NCBI GenBank assembly: GCA_964016885.1
Contig: OZ024740.1
Location: forward strand, 276,954,001-277,018,000
DNA length: 64,000 nucleotides
From: Eledone cirrhosa
Taxonomy: Eukaryota
Direction: 5' to 3'
Shown: one piece after another, positions 11,560-24,856 of the stretch
How positions within the stretch are numbered: the first letter of the stretch is position 1
How the letters are laid out: every line of letters begins with the position of its first letter
Made by a program: the position numbers and the translations under genes
Notes under the pieces: generated by a model
The model's database searches: none
Told to the model about the DNA's origin: nothing
Seen by the model: only the letters and a program-made list of their open reading frames with translations

Positions 11560-14498
11560 TTGCCTATTCAGACCACAAATTAGTCACCTGCGTAGTCAAC
11601 CTTGATAGAATACATAGACAGGGACCCGGATACTGGAAACTAAACATGTCGCTTCCGGCGCGTAAGGCCTACAGTAAACGGATTAGCACCTTAGTTAAGT
11701 GCCAGTTGACAGGGGCGATCGTCAACAACAGGTGGTGGAGCTCTCTCAAGAGAGCAATTAAGAATAATTAAGAGCAAATTAAGAGCAAGGAAGTAGCTTT
11801 AGAAAAAAGCAAAACCGAAAAGGAACTGGTAGCTAAAGTAGAAGAGGCCCTTAGGAATGACAGTACAACGATAACAGCACTAGACCAGTTCTTCAACGTG
11901 AAACACGAAGGTTGTATTTTCAGAAGTAGAACACGTGCTTTAAGAAACGAGGGATCCAAAGCTGTTAGCTGGGCCCGAGTGGCAGGGGCAAAAAGTGGCA
12001 ACAAATCCACAATTCGGTCCTTGAATCCAATCAGATGTGCACGGCCTTCCAGCAGCAGCATTTTGCACAACTGTTCGGGCAAAGTGGTACGTCAAGGGAG
12101 GTGATGGATTTCAGTTCCTACCTCGACGGCGTACCACGACTCTCAAATACGGATGCAAAGAACTGCTAAAGGCCGATCACAGCGAGCGAAATAGAAGATG
12201 TCCTAGGCCGCTGTGGGAAACGCAAATCACCCGGTTTAGATGGTCTACCATATGAGATTTACATAGGCATGTCAGACTTGTTCTCTGGCGTCCTCGAAGC
12301 GGTTTATTGCAACTGGCAACAGAACGGGAGGATTCCCAGTTCTGTAGGCAGAGGCGTAGTAACGCTGATCAGGAAAGATTAGAACAAGGGGGATGAGATA
12401 AGCAATTTCAGGCCCATAACTCTGCTCAACACAGAGTTAAAGATTTTGACCAAGGTGTATAGCAGCGAGGCTGGCGCTTGTCGTCGAGAATCTGGTAGGG
12501 GAAGCGCAAACGTGTGCAATCCCGACCTGGTCCATACACGACAACCTCCACCTCGTTGGATACATCATAGAGAGGGTAGGGTGTAAACCTGCCTTCGGTG
12601 GGGCCCTGATAAATTTAGATCAGTCTAAGATATTTGATAGTGTCGACCATCAATACTTGGAAGCGGTTCTCTAGGAGGCCGGCTTCGGTGCCGTCTTCAG
12701 AGGCTGGATCGCTGCCATGCACACCAGCATCTGCTCGGCAGTCAAAGTGAATAGCTACCTATCGGAGCCATTACAAATCATGCATTCCATCCATTCTGTA
12801 TGTACTGACTCTCGAGCCATTACTGCGGAAGTTGCAGCTGTTGCAGGGCATCCCGACCGAACCAGGACTGCGGAAAGCGGCGTCGGCCTATGCCGACGAC
12901 ATAACCGTAATGGTGTCGAAAGCCTCGGACATCGGAGTAATCGGCAACCTATTACTGAAATACGAAAATTTGACAGGTGCAAGACTAAACCCAAACAAGT
13001 CTATCGGTTTGCAACTCGGCACATGGAGAGGCAAACCGATGACGTCCGACAGTGTCGTTGGACGCTGGACGGAATGACCGGTGAAATTGCTCTGGGTCTG
13101 GTTTTGTCCATACCTCCAGGTGGACAAGAACTGTAACGAGATCACTAGAAGGTGTTTGCACTCATCCAGAAGTGGGCTGAGTGCAAACTCTCCTTGAAAG
13201 GTCGAGCTGAGGTGGCGAACACTTACATAGCCTCTGTCATCTAGTACCGCTTGACAGTGGTGCCTTGTCCCCGCGAATACCTCACCAAAATGGAACGCCT
13301 ACTCTTCAAGTTCCTCTGGAAGAAACAGGCTCCATTAGTGAGAAGATCCATCTGCTGTCAACACCCTTCTAACGGAGGGCTGGGTATGCCGTGGCTGATG
13401 ATGCGCAAACACGCGCTGAGGCTACGCCATCTCCAGGTGTTCCTGACCGGCTAACCGGTGTGGCTGTCGTTTGTGAGACGAGCTGTTCCACAACTCGTCT
13501 CACTAACAGAGCTGCAGTCCTGGGTCAAGCGAAGACCGAAAATGGGCGCCTGGCACCTCAAGTGCCTTCAGGCGCTCACAGCCCTCTACCAAGCGGAAAC
13601 GGCAATCAGCGGAGACTCCACTTCGACATTCTATAGGGGATTAGTGGAGTATAAGTGCGACAACGTTCTCGGGGAAACTCTAGGCATCGAGGAAGACGAA
13701 CTGACCAGTCTGTTCGGGAGGACTTTCCGTCCAGGGCCTATGGATAATTTCCAGAGGTCTCTGGCTTGGCAGTGCTACCGAGGAGCTCTACCAGTTCGAG
13801 ACAAAATCTACAGGCACGGACGCCCTGGCAGAGATCCTGCCAAAAGTACCTGTACCAGATGCGAGCAGGACATCGAAACCGTTTTACACGGGGTGACCAC
13901 CCTGTGGAATTATGTCGAACAGCTACTGGCACGTGTAGGACGCATCCAGTTGTCAGCCGAGTCCATCGTGAGGATCACCCCGCCGCCTTCATTTAAGAAT
14001 GAAGGAGAGGCGGTCCTCCTCTGCCTGGTGGCTATGGCGAAAGAGGCAATATGGTGGACGAGGTTAAAAGGACTGAGGGCAAGCACCCTTCTCTCCGGAC
14101 AACAACTCATCCACTTCTTCAAATACCACTTCAGAAGGTAGGTAGGAGTGGATAGAAGGGTGCTACACGCCAGTAAATTCGCTGAACGGTGGGTGAATGT
14201 GGCAAAAATGGCCCGGGTGAATGGGCCTTCTCTGTATATAAACCTATAGGTTAAGGAAGATAAACAGAGTGAAGACGGGAACACCTACAAAACGTGTTCC
14301 TGGTGTTGAGGGTTGTTCTATCCACGGGGTGTAAAACAACCCCGCAGTAGCGTTAACCCCCCCCCCTAATGAGGAGTTCAATTGTTTTATTTTCATATAG
14401 TTTAATTGTTATTTATTATTGTTAAAGATTTTATGTAAAACCCCCACCGTCACGTCTTGTAATGTCCCATTTTTGTACGCCTCTGTGGCAAATAAAGA

Positions 14499-14500
<2 letters not shown>
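11560..14500 (+). mobile_element. 5'-truncated L1/Tx1-clade LINE (decayed ORF2: APE end, RT, C-terminal Cys/His domain)
   Basis: YSDH (APE end), GPGYWKLN, KSPGLDGLP, FRPITLLN, AYADDITV (12886-12909), GLQLGTW, GGLGMP and CTRCEQDIETVLH, with many stops and frameshifts. Ends aataaagaaa followed by (TA)n. Confidence 0.9.
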
Positions 14501-14521
<21 letters not shown>

Positions 14522-14529
<8 letters not shown>

Positions 14530-15261
14530 GAAAGGTATAGAAAACATTGTAGCAAAAAGCCAACAGTATTCCATAATATATAAGTGACTATAGCGTCAAA
14601 ATATGAAAAATAGTTAACGTAAGATGTGGGAAAAATAATTCAAACTCAACTCAAAGAGAATCAGGATATAGATTCATCCACAGAATTTAGTGAAATCCAT
14701 GGAAAAATCAATAGAGCCTTAACTCATGATAAAATAAAGTTTAAAATACTCATCCTTCAATTTGGAAAAAACTTAAAATGCTGTGTATAGTCTTAAAGAC
14801 TATTTCACGAAAACTTTCAGTGGAGATGGTCACGGTTGGAATTCGATCGTCAGCAGAGCTCAACTCGATAAACAAAATTTCTCACTGATTAATATGCCAA
14901 AAAGGGAATTTAAAACAGGCTAGTTCACCATCATGCGAGATTATGAAAAATAAAACGCACATGTGGAAAGACAGGGCTGGTGACGTCAGAATGAGACGAA
15001 TGTTTGTTTTCAAGAAACAACAGTCAAAAAAACATTCCGAAAAAAACTCTACAATAAGGAGTTCAGCAAAAAGCAATATTATCGCGGTTTTTTATAAAAA
15101 AAATACCGGGATTAGTCACAAATAATTTAAGCACTCTAGGAAAGAAATCCAAGTATAAATATATAAATGAAAGGTATAGAAAACATTGTAGCAAAAAGCC
15201 AACAGTATTCCATAATATATAAGTGACTATAGCGTCAAAATGGGAAAAATAGTTAACGTAA
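14522..15261. repeat. 740-bp insert bounded by 101-bp direct repeats inside a (TA)n tract
   Basis: 14522-14622 and 15161-15261 are near-identical direct repeats; no TG..CA ends. Confidence 0.75.
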
Positions 15262-15319
15262 TATATATATATATATATATATCTTTCTTTATTTGCCACA
15301 GAGGCGTACAAAAATGGAA

Positions 15320-15676
15320 CAAGCTATTAAACAGAAGGGCCGACTTATTCGGTACCTGCAGACACCTAAGGACGAGAAGTTTCCTCAAGCTATATGGATA
15401 AACCCCGGTTTTTTGAGGTCAAATACCAACCCTACTACCATCTACAAACTGACCAATGAGAATCAAGACTATTCCTGCTGACAACATTGCATTATTCCTA
15501 ACAAGCTCATATGTCCCAAGGCTCTGATACCATCAACACTATAAACACAGAGCTGGTATATCTAAGAACTGACTAACTGCCTGATGAGGTCATAGCCATT
15601 CAATGGCTATCATCGAAATATATATAGCAGTAAATAAAGGATTATGAGTTCATGCAATTGACTTATGTTTCGTCAC

Positions 15677-15680
<4 letters not shown>
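15320..15680 (+). mobile_element. 5'-truncated Penelope-like element (GIY-YIG C-terminus, 3' UTR, hammerhead)
   Basis: 15324-15401 encodes LLNRRADLFGTCRHLRTRSFLKLYG*, homologous to the end of the GIY-YIG frame at 36463. A hammerhead follows; ends at (TA)n. Confidence 0.8.
15576..15631 (+). ncRNA. Minimal type-I hammerhead ribozyme, family H2
   Basis: actgc-CTGATGA(15581)-ggtcatagccattcaatggctatcatc-GAAA(15615)-tatata-TA-gcagt. Confidence 0.85.
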
Positions 15681-15709
<29 letters not shown>

Positions 15710-15719
15710 AAGCAGGTAT

Positions 15720-16755
15720 TGCACCAAGAAAAATAAAACGTGGGCGTGAAGAGATTATGAGTTTATTTGCCTTGACATATGTTTATGAGTCTATTATAAA
15801 TTGTCTACTTACGCTGACTACAATATGCAATACTTAATTATTTATTACACTTCATCAGAAAGCCTATAGTTGTGGAATTCAACTTTTCACTAGGATGTAA
15901 ACTTCAAAATTGAGACTTTCGTTTAAGAAAATGTAAATAAGTTAAAAATAGCAAGAAATACAGTAAGTTAGTGTTATAGTAATGAGGAGAGGGAGTAGGG
16001 GTAAATAGTTTGACACTATCAATCTTTGACCATTGGTAATGGTGAAGGTTTTGATGTTTACCACATATGGGGCTAGAGAAGGTATAAGGAGAGGGACAGA
16101 GAAAGATAAGGTAGAGATTAAGAGTAGGCAAGAGTGCGTAAGGAGGAAAGGAATTAAGAAAATGGGATTGTTTTGAATATTACTGAATCCATTGGGTGTG
16201 AAAAGTTCAAATGCCACAGGAAATGTACAAAGTAGGATATAATAAAACCTAGGTATTAAGGTTCGAATCTTGTTCTAGTCCAGTTTATATTTAGCGAAGG
16301 TTTTTAGAACCTTGTATTTGCAATCTATCCTATCTTGCCGGGAATTTAGAATGTCCTTTCCGGTCACTATTTCAATTACTTCCGCCAAACATAGGTCACA
16401 GTCTTTCATGGGCGGGTGAATTTTAGCACGGACCATTGTAGTATGTATTCAATATTAGCGTATTTCAGATCCCAGTTTTTGTTTTTCCCCAGGGCCATAG
16501 ATCTAGCTAAACTGGGATTTTTTAATGTGTAGGTATGCACATACCATCTTTTCTTGAAAATATTCAAAGAGGAACCTACATATTTGTATATCCCCAGTTT
16601 AGATTTTACCAAACATTGATAAATGATATTTTTGTATAAGCATTTACCCTATAGAGGACAAGTGCTGGAATCTCCGCAGTTGCAGTATGTCCGTGTATAG
16701 TGTGGGGTTTCCTCCCTGGGTCCTGTATTGTGGAGTTATTCCGGGTATTTTGTTG
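15720..16755 (-). mobile_element. 5'-truncated Penelope-like element with GIY-YIG endonuclease remnant and decayed hammerhead (15769-15863)
   Basis: Minus strand encodes [35 protein letters not shown], then CDLCLAE..ILNSR..C after a frameshift. The 3' UTR has gcttt-CTGATGA...TAAA-catatg-TC-aaggc (GAAA mutated). Confidence 0.8.
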
Positions 16756-17069
<314 letters not shown>

Positions 17070-17079
17070 GATATGTATG

Positions 17080-17212
<133 letters not shown>

Positions 17213-17943
17213 GTGTGTGTGTGTGATGCAATATATTTCTTGGCATAGATACACTATGCTATTGACAATTGCTAACCAAATGACTAAGAAGAACCATATG
17301 CTAATTTAAAGCATGTTTCTATTTCTCCAGAAATTAATATGTTGCTTTTGAACAATAGTTACAATCTAAACCCAGTGTTGCTTTCTTATTATTCAACTTC
17401 TTCAGCTGACAAAATGGCGTTCAACACAACAGATTATATTGTAGCGAAATACTGTTTGGATGCATGTATTTTGCAACGAAATATGACATTCGAGGTCAAC
17501 GAACCCAATGAAAGATATTAAAGAACGATAAGTATATATAATTATATACTTATCTATGACTTGAATGTATCTATCTGTTATCTGTCTTGGCTGGACACAC
17601 GCGTGAAACTTGGTGGGTAAGTTCTGCTTAAATTTCTATAGAAATTCTTGACTGTGAACCTTCATATTTATACAAATTTGAGGAGGGACTGTCAGGTCAA
17701 ATTTTGATCTGGTCAGTCTCTCAAAATCTTCTACGCCTTTAGGCGAAATAGTTAATGAATTTATTTTTAGAGAAACTAACGTTTTTAAAAAAAATGACTG
17801 AATCAACAGCTTCTTCACCAACATTCGAAGGAGGAAAGGGGAAGATATTCTTACAGTTTCCCCCCTTCCACTGTTATAGTTACAGACAAAGGTCAGCCAG
17901 AAGAAGGATTTTGTTCAGCTGCTGACCAACAGCTTGACGTTGC

Positions 17944-19530
17944 ATGGCAACAAACCAAAACCAAAAGTGTGAAACAATGAAGAAAAACAACACAACCAGC
18001 GACACCAGCAACAACAACATCAACAATACTATGAACGAAAACAACACCAACAACAAGAACAATAACAACAACAACAACAGTACCAATAACTGCAACAAGG
18101 AAGTAAACGACAAAATATCGTTTGCGCAAACCGTAAAGAAAACGGTAGATATAATATCCGGTGGATATTTCAAATGCAAATGAGCTTTTGAATAACGCGA
18201 GACAGTACGTAACTTTTGGGGAGAACGGATCATTCTCCATAAACTCTCTCCCAGATTTGCGAAGAGAAACTGCCTTGAAAACGGTGGTTTTCAGGACAGT
18301 CTCAAACAAAACCCGAAAACCAACTCAACTTTCACAAGGTGAAATTGATTTCGTTTTAAAAGATGCCGTAAAAGACATTGCTTTCATTCAGAAGGGTAGA
18401 CTCTACGGGAGTTTATCCATTCTGATGAAAGACCAATTGACGGCCAGAAATATTCTGTGTCGCCAATTGTATCACCGCTGTTCACATTTTTCCCCACTTA
18501 CATGGGGAAAAGAACACAGAAAATAAAAATCCAAAGTTTCACACCAAATATTGATATTTGGTGGGTATTATGTGGATTTTTAAACCTCCAAAAAGACTCA
18601 ATAATATCGGTAGGTAAGTCCTCCGGCGGAACTAGCCTGGAAATTCTGGTCCAAATGACACCAGAACGAATAGCTAGGATCCCGGAACGTGTGCTGCTGG
18701 ATGGGCTTATATACATACACATTTCGGTCGAGGGTAGGCGGCCGTCATGTTACCACTGCTTAAGCAGGGGCCACATGAGAGATTCCTGTCCTCGGCTAAC
18801 TAGCCAAAAAAAAGGCACCACTGCCAACACCTGCAACACCAGCACAACAATCACCACCACCACCACAACAACAACAACAACAACAACAACATAAAAAAAT
18901 AGTGACAACAAAACAAACGACACACAGTCCCACTCAACATCCCCCACCTAAAACAACTCCAGAAACACCTACACACATGTACCCTTCCCCAACAACATGG
19001 ATGAGGCCTCATCATCGTCAGCCAGTGACGATGAGGGGAAGCCTTTCCGACCAGTAAAAAGAAAAAAGAAAAGACATAACACAAATAAAAATGCAACAAA
19101 CACACAAATACCAAAACAGCGACGCAAACAGCACAAACAAAAACACCCCCTCCTGAAAACAAAACACCTACTACAAAACGTAAACACACACAAGAACCAC
19201 AGACAAAATGCAACACAACGCAACAAAAATGTTACACCTACATAAATACTAACAATAAAACTTTTACACACTCTTCGGGGAATCCTAATCTTAAAATGAT
19301 TAGGATCTCCATGGACACACACATAAACAGTTAAAAGGAAAATTTCCTAACGACGTAGGTAACCCCTGCGTCAAACCCTACAATCGAGTCCTGTTAAAAT
19401 GTCTCCCCACCCCCACCCCCACCCCACCAGACACCTCCGTCCCCACCCCGCCAGAAACCACCACCCCACCAACAAACCTCTCCAACACCCCCATGGAAAT
19501 CGTGCAGCCTGGTCCCCAGGAGACGAAGAG
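17944..19530 (+). pseudogene. LINE ORF1 (gag-like) remnant with CCHC zinc knuckle
   Basis: SFAQTVK motif; CYHCLSRGHMRDSC (C-x2-C-x4-H-x4-C) at 18748-18789; Asn/Thr low-complexity tracts; basic RPVKRKKKR; frameshifted. Confidence 0.75.
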
Positions 19531-19574
19531 GTGAGTGATTTCTTTTCCTCTTCGTTTAACTTTTCAGCACCAAC

Positions 19575-21947
19575 ATGGCCAATATAAGAGTTGGATGTGT
19601 GAATGTACACGGCCTGAGGATGCCCTGGAAACAGGGAAAACTCTTAAACGCCCTCAGGTCGCACAGTATGGATATAGTAGCCATTTGCGAGTCCAGGATC
19701 CACAGCGAGCGACATCTGGCCTCCATCTTCGACGACTTTGAGATCGACGCATCTCTCTGTCAGACGGGAGGTGGGGCGGAGTTGCCTTTTTGCTGCGGAA
19801 ACACCTGGACCTCGTAACACAGACGGTACATCTGGACAAGGAGGGTCGACTGGTGGTCCTAGACGTTGACGGTAGTGAAGGTGGAGCCTTCAGGCTGGTG
19901 GCTGCATATGCCCCATCCGGTAGAGAGGGGTATACCAGACTCAAACAGTTATTCGGCCAGTTGAAATCGGCCGATAGATATCGACTAGATATTCCGACTG
20001 TGCCACTGTGGACGTGGACCAACCATATCGGAACATCTAGATCGTACCTAGATAGGTTTCTAGTTAGAGTTAGTGATAGGGACATGTTAAGATGTCCACA
20101 AATGTTCATGGTTGCCTATTCAGATCACAAACTAGTGGCCTGCTTAGTCAACCTTGACAGAACCCCAAAAGAGGGACCCCGCTACTTCAAGCTTAACTTA
20201 TCGTTACCGACATGCAAAGCCTACAATAGACGGATTAGCACTTGACAGGGAGCTATTGTCAACAACAGATAGTGGTAGTCTCTAAAGAGGGCAGTTAGAT
20301 TAGACTCGATAGGTTTTAGTAAAGAATTAGTGTAAGATAGAAATAAAACAGAAAAGGAACTGGTAGATAAAGTAGAAGAGGCACTTAGGAGTGGCAGCGT
20401 AGCCAGCGTGCTAGCGACGAGAACGGCCTTGGACCAGTTCTTCGACGGAAAGCAAGAAAGGCTGCGTTGTCAGAAGCAAAATACGTGCTCTGGGAAACAA
20501 GGGTGCCAAAGCTGTTAGCTGGGCCCGAGTTACGGAGGCGAAAAGTGGCAACAAGTCCACGATTCGGTCTTTGAAGGACCAAGACGGATGCGTGATACGT
20601 GAGCCGAAGCAGATGTGCGCTGCCTTTCAGCGACACTTTGCTCAACTGTTCGGGCAGGGTGACGCGCCGGGAGGGGCTATGTATTTCGGTCCATACCTCG
20701 ACGGCCTGCCACGACTCTCGGACAGCGAGGCGAAGTTCTGCGAAAGCCCGAAAGGAATCGTCGGGCTACCCTACGCATTTTACGTAGCAATGCCGGACTT
20801 GTTCTCCGGTTTCCTGGAAGAGGTCTGCTGCAACTGGCAGCAGAACGGGAGAATTCCCAGTTCTGTGACCAAGGGCGTAGTCACGTTAGTCAGGAAGGAC
20901 GAGATTAAGGGGGATGACATAGGCAACTTCCGGCCACATAACACTGCTAAACACAGAGTTACAGATTTTGGCTAAGGTGTTGGCAAAGAGGCTGGTGCTT
21001 GTCGTCGAAAACCTCTTAGGAGAAGCGCAGACATGCGCAATCCTGACCAGGTCCATACACGACAACCTCATGCGATACATCATAGAGAGGGTAGGGTGCA
21101 AACCCGGCTTCGTTGGGGCCCTGATCAACTTGGATCAGTCTAAGGCTTTCGTTAGAGTTGCCCATCTTTACCTGCATGCGATGCTCGAGGCGACAGGCTT
21201 CAGACCCGTGTTCAGGGGCTGGATTGCTGCAATGCACAGCAGCAACATCTGCTCAAGGGTCAAGGTGAACGGCTACCTCTCGGAGCCGTTCCATATCACG
21301 CGATCCATTCGACAGGGATGCCATCTCTCCTCCCTTCTGTACGTAATGCAGAAGTGGGAAGTATTGTAGAGCATCCCTTTCGAATCGGGACTGCGAAAAG
21401 CGGCGTCAGCCTACGCCGACGACGTGACAGTAATGGTGTCAAAAACCTCGCAAATCAGGGAGGTCGGCACCTAACTTGACAGGAGCGAAGCTGAACGTGG
21501 AAAAATCCGACGGTTTGCAACTCGGAACGTGGAGAGGCAAACCGATGCCTTCCGATGGCGTCGTCGGACGCTGGACGGAAAGACCAGTAAAGCTGCTCGG
21601 GGTCTGGTTTGGTCCGGACCTCCAGGTGGAGAAGTACTTGAACGAGGTGACGGCCAAGGTGTTTGCGCTCACCCAGAGTCCATTGTCATGATCAAACAGC
21701 CACCCTCCTTCTAAAATGAAGGAGAGGCGGTTTTCCTATGTGTTATGGATACGGTGAAAGAGGTTATATGGTGGACGAAGTCAGACGCTTTTCTCTCCGG
21801 CGAACAACTGATTCGTTTTTCAAATATCATTTTGGAAGAAGAATCAGGATGGAGAGAGAGGTGCTGTACCCCAGCAAATTTTATGAAAGGTGGGTGAATG
21901 TGGCAAAGATGGCCCGAGTGGGGCCATCTCTCTATATAAGCTTGTAG
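19575..21947 (+). pseudogene. LINE ORF2 remnant (APE endonuclease plus reverse transcriptase)
   Basis: GCVNVHGLR, DIVAICE, EGRLVVLD, AYAP, SYLDRFLV, YSDHKLV, LDQSKAF, SIRQGC and AYADDVTV (21409-21432). Large deletion near 21675. Confidence 0.88.
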
Positions 21948-23097
21948 GTTGAGGGAAAAGAGGAAGAGAGGAAGGGAGTACTCACTCTTGGTGCTCCTGG
22001 AGATGAGGGTTGTACATTTTTTTTCGGGTGTGTACAACCCCTGTGCAACGCCTTCCCCCTATTAGGGATTTCAATTGTTAATTGTTGTTTAATTAATAGT
22101 TTTATTTTCATATATGTATGTAAACTCCCCATTTATATTTGTCCCCTTCTCTTGTGCCCTCGTGGCTAATAAAGAAATTTATCTATGACTTGAGTGCAGA
22201 AAATACAGTCAAATGTTTTGATATAAACACAAAGCCAAATGTTTTAAAAGATAGAGTAGAATCGATTTAGTCGTCCTCGATATATAACAGGTAACAAGTA
22301 TATTAAAATGGGAGGGATGAAAAGTTTAAACGAGTTTATTGTGTTGTGAATTAAATACTTTATCGTGTCTGTAGTTTCTGCCAACTCCAACACACTTGTT
22401 TATACGACTATAATCAGAACGATGATAAAACCAATAATAATAACACATATCGCAATGGATGTGGCAGCTACAATATGTGTAAACCCACCGGGACTAATAA
22501 CAGACGACAAAAAATAGCCAAAGTAAAATGACAGCTGCTAATACATTATAAAAAACATAGCATGAACAACAATAACAACTGAAAGGTAACGAATTTACAT
22601 GCACAGATAACAATTCTCAGCTCGTAACGTTCACAGACAAAATAAACACCACGCAATATTAACATTCAACAGAATAACAACAGCAGTAACAAAAATAAAA
22701 ACAACCTTATACAATTTATAATAGCTGCAATGAAATGAGCGATAATAACAACAATATTTCTTTTTAAATCAACGGCTATTGTCAATAGTTGCAATCTCTC
22801 ATATCATCATGAAAACTATGACAACAAAAGAGTTTTATGGTCAGCAAGTGCAAAATATTCGATCAACTTCGTTGAATACTGTCACAATTCAGACAGGGGT
22901 CTTTAAAGATATCGCCCATTACCCTATTTACTTCTCAAAGTTTAAAAAGTGAATATGGTATAAAGAAAAGAAATTGCGAATATATATTATGTAAGAATTT
23001 TTTTATAAAAGAATTATATAAATATAGAAACAACACATCTCTTTAAAAAATACGTCTAAAATAGTCTGTACAATGTACTTAATCACTTTGATGGTCT

Positions 23098-23608
23098 GGG
23101 CTCTTTACGTTCTGAGTTCAAATCCCACCGAGGTTAACTTTGCCATTCATCCTTACGGGGTCGATAAAGTAAAGTACCAGTAATGCATTGGAATAATAGC
23201 TGGCCTTGTGCCAAACGTAGAAACAATTATTTGGATTGGCAGTATCGGTAGACCGTCAGACACCATACTTTGCAGCATAGAGTTATGTCCCTTTAAGTTC
23301 TGAGTTCAAATCCCGCCGAGGTAAACTTTGCCTTTCCTCCTTACAGGGTCGATAAAATAAAGTACCAGTAATTCACTGAGATAATTGCTGGCTTTGTGCC
23401 AAAAGTAGAAACACATATTATAATGGATTGGCTGTATCAGTAGAGGGTGGACGCCATGCTTTGTAGCATCGAGTTATAGCCTTTTACGTTGTGAGTTCAA
23501 GTCCACAGCGGTTAACTTTGCCTTTCATCTTTATGGGGTCGATAAAATAAAGGACCAGTAATGCACTGGGCTAATTGCTGGCCTTGTGCCAAAAGTAGAA
23601 ACAATTAT
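23098..23608 (+). mobile_element. Three tandem tRNA-derived SINE copies
   Basis: Partial copy at 23098-23230, full copies at 23232-23413 and 23424-23608, each ending gccaaa(a/c)gtagaaaca. Confidence 0.88.
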
Positions 23609-23942
23609 AATTATCAATAATGGCAGAATCGATTGAGTACCGTATCTAATGATCCTTACAAACATACCTAAATATATTGACTAAAACCGGATATTACTTT
23701 GGATGTAATATGTTGTTTTATGACTCTTAATCTGAGCTCATATCTGTGGTCTAGCCTATATCTTTTATTCTCACACTGATGTTTGCAAGTATGTAGAATC
23801 CACGCTCAGATCACAACTGATCCCTCTAATCCAACTATCAGTAATAAAGTTTTCACTTATATATATGTGTGATTGTAAGTATCAGATACAATATTGGTGG
23901 TCGAGTATGTGTGGGTGTGTGTGAGTGTGTGTGTGTGAGAGT

Positions 23943-24015
<73 letters not shown>

Positions 24016-24433
24016 TATTAACTCTGTCGTCTGAAGAGTGCCACCCTACTTCTACCCTAATATGTCGTTCACCTCGTAGTCCCAGCCGACTGGATGGAGA
24101 AAACATTGCCGCGATGGACAGCGAGGGAGATCTCCTGGAACAGCCACTCCACCTAGCGGGACTCGCACCTGCAGGGCTCAACTAAATATTCCTTTCTTTT
24201 CAAGATGACAGTTTTGTGATTTGATGGGTATTTAGCAGGTATTTCTAAAAGATATCTAGAAAGTTTAAGTGCAAACTGCCATAGAATATTACATCCACAT
24301 ATGGGATTATGCTACAGAACACACAACAAAACCTCTACCCCCGACAGAGGGGCATGAAATTTCTCACCAACACGCATGAAAGCCTGGCCTACAAGCGTGC
24401 TATCTCTTCTCTGTTTCCCTATTTACTAATATT

Positions 24434-24856
24434 ATAACTGTTTCTTCTTTTGGTACAAGGCCAGCAATTACCCCAGCAATTACCCCAGTACATTACTGGT
24501 GCTTTATTTTATCGACACCGAAAGGAGAAAAGCCAAAGTTAACATCGGCTGGGTTTGAACTTAGACCATAAAGGGCCGTAACTCTATGCTGCAAAGCATA
24601 GCGTCAGACCCTCTACCGGTACTGTCAACTTTACTTATATTTACTAATATTTACTAATATTATAATTGTTTTTACTTTTGGCACAAGGCCAGCAATTATC
24701 CCAGTGCATTACTGGTACTTTATTTTATCGATGCCATAAGGATGAAAGGTAAAGTTAACCTCGGCGGGATTTGAATTCAAACCGTAAAAGGCCTTAACTC
24801 TATGTTACAAAGCATGCTGTTCGACGCTCTACCAAATACTGCCAATCCACCGCCCT
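24434..24856 (-). mobile_element. Two tandem tRNA-derived SINE copies
   Basis: 24434-24628 and 24664-24856; atttactaatattataa duplicated at 24421 and 24649. Confidence 0.88.

Larger units (their letters stand above)
17565..22178 (+). mobile_element. End-to-end but internally deleted L1/Tx1-clade LINE
   Basis: 15-bp TSD ttatctatgacttga at 17550-17564 and 22179-22193; ORF1 and ORF2 remnants; 3' aataaagaaa. Homologous to 11560-14500. Confidence 0.9.
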
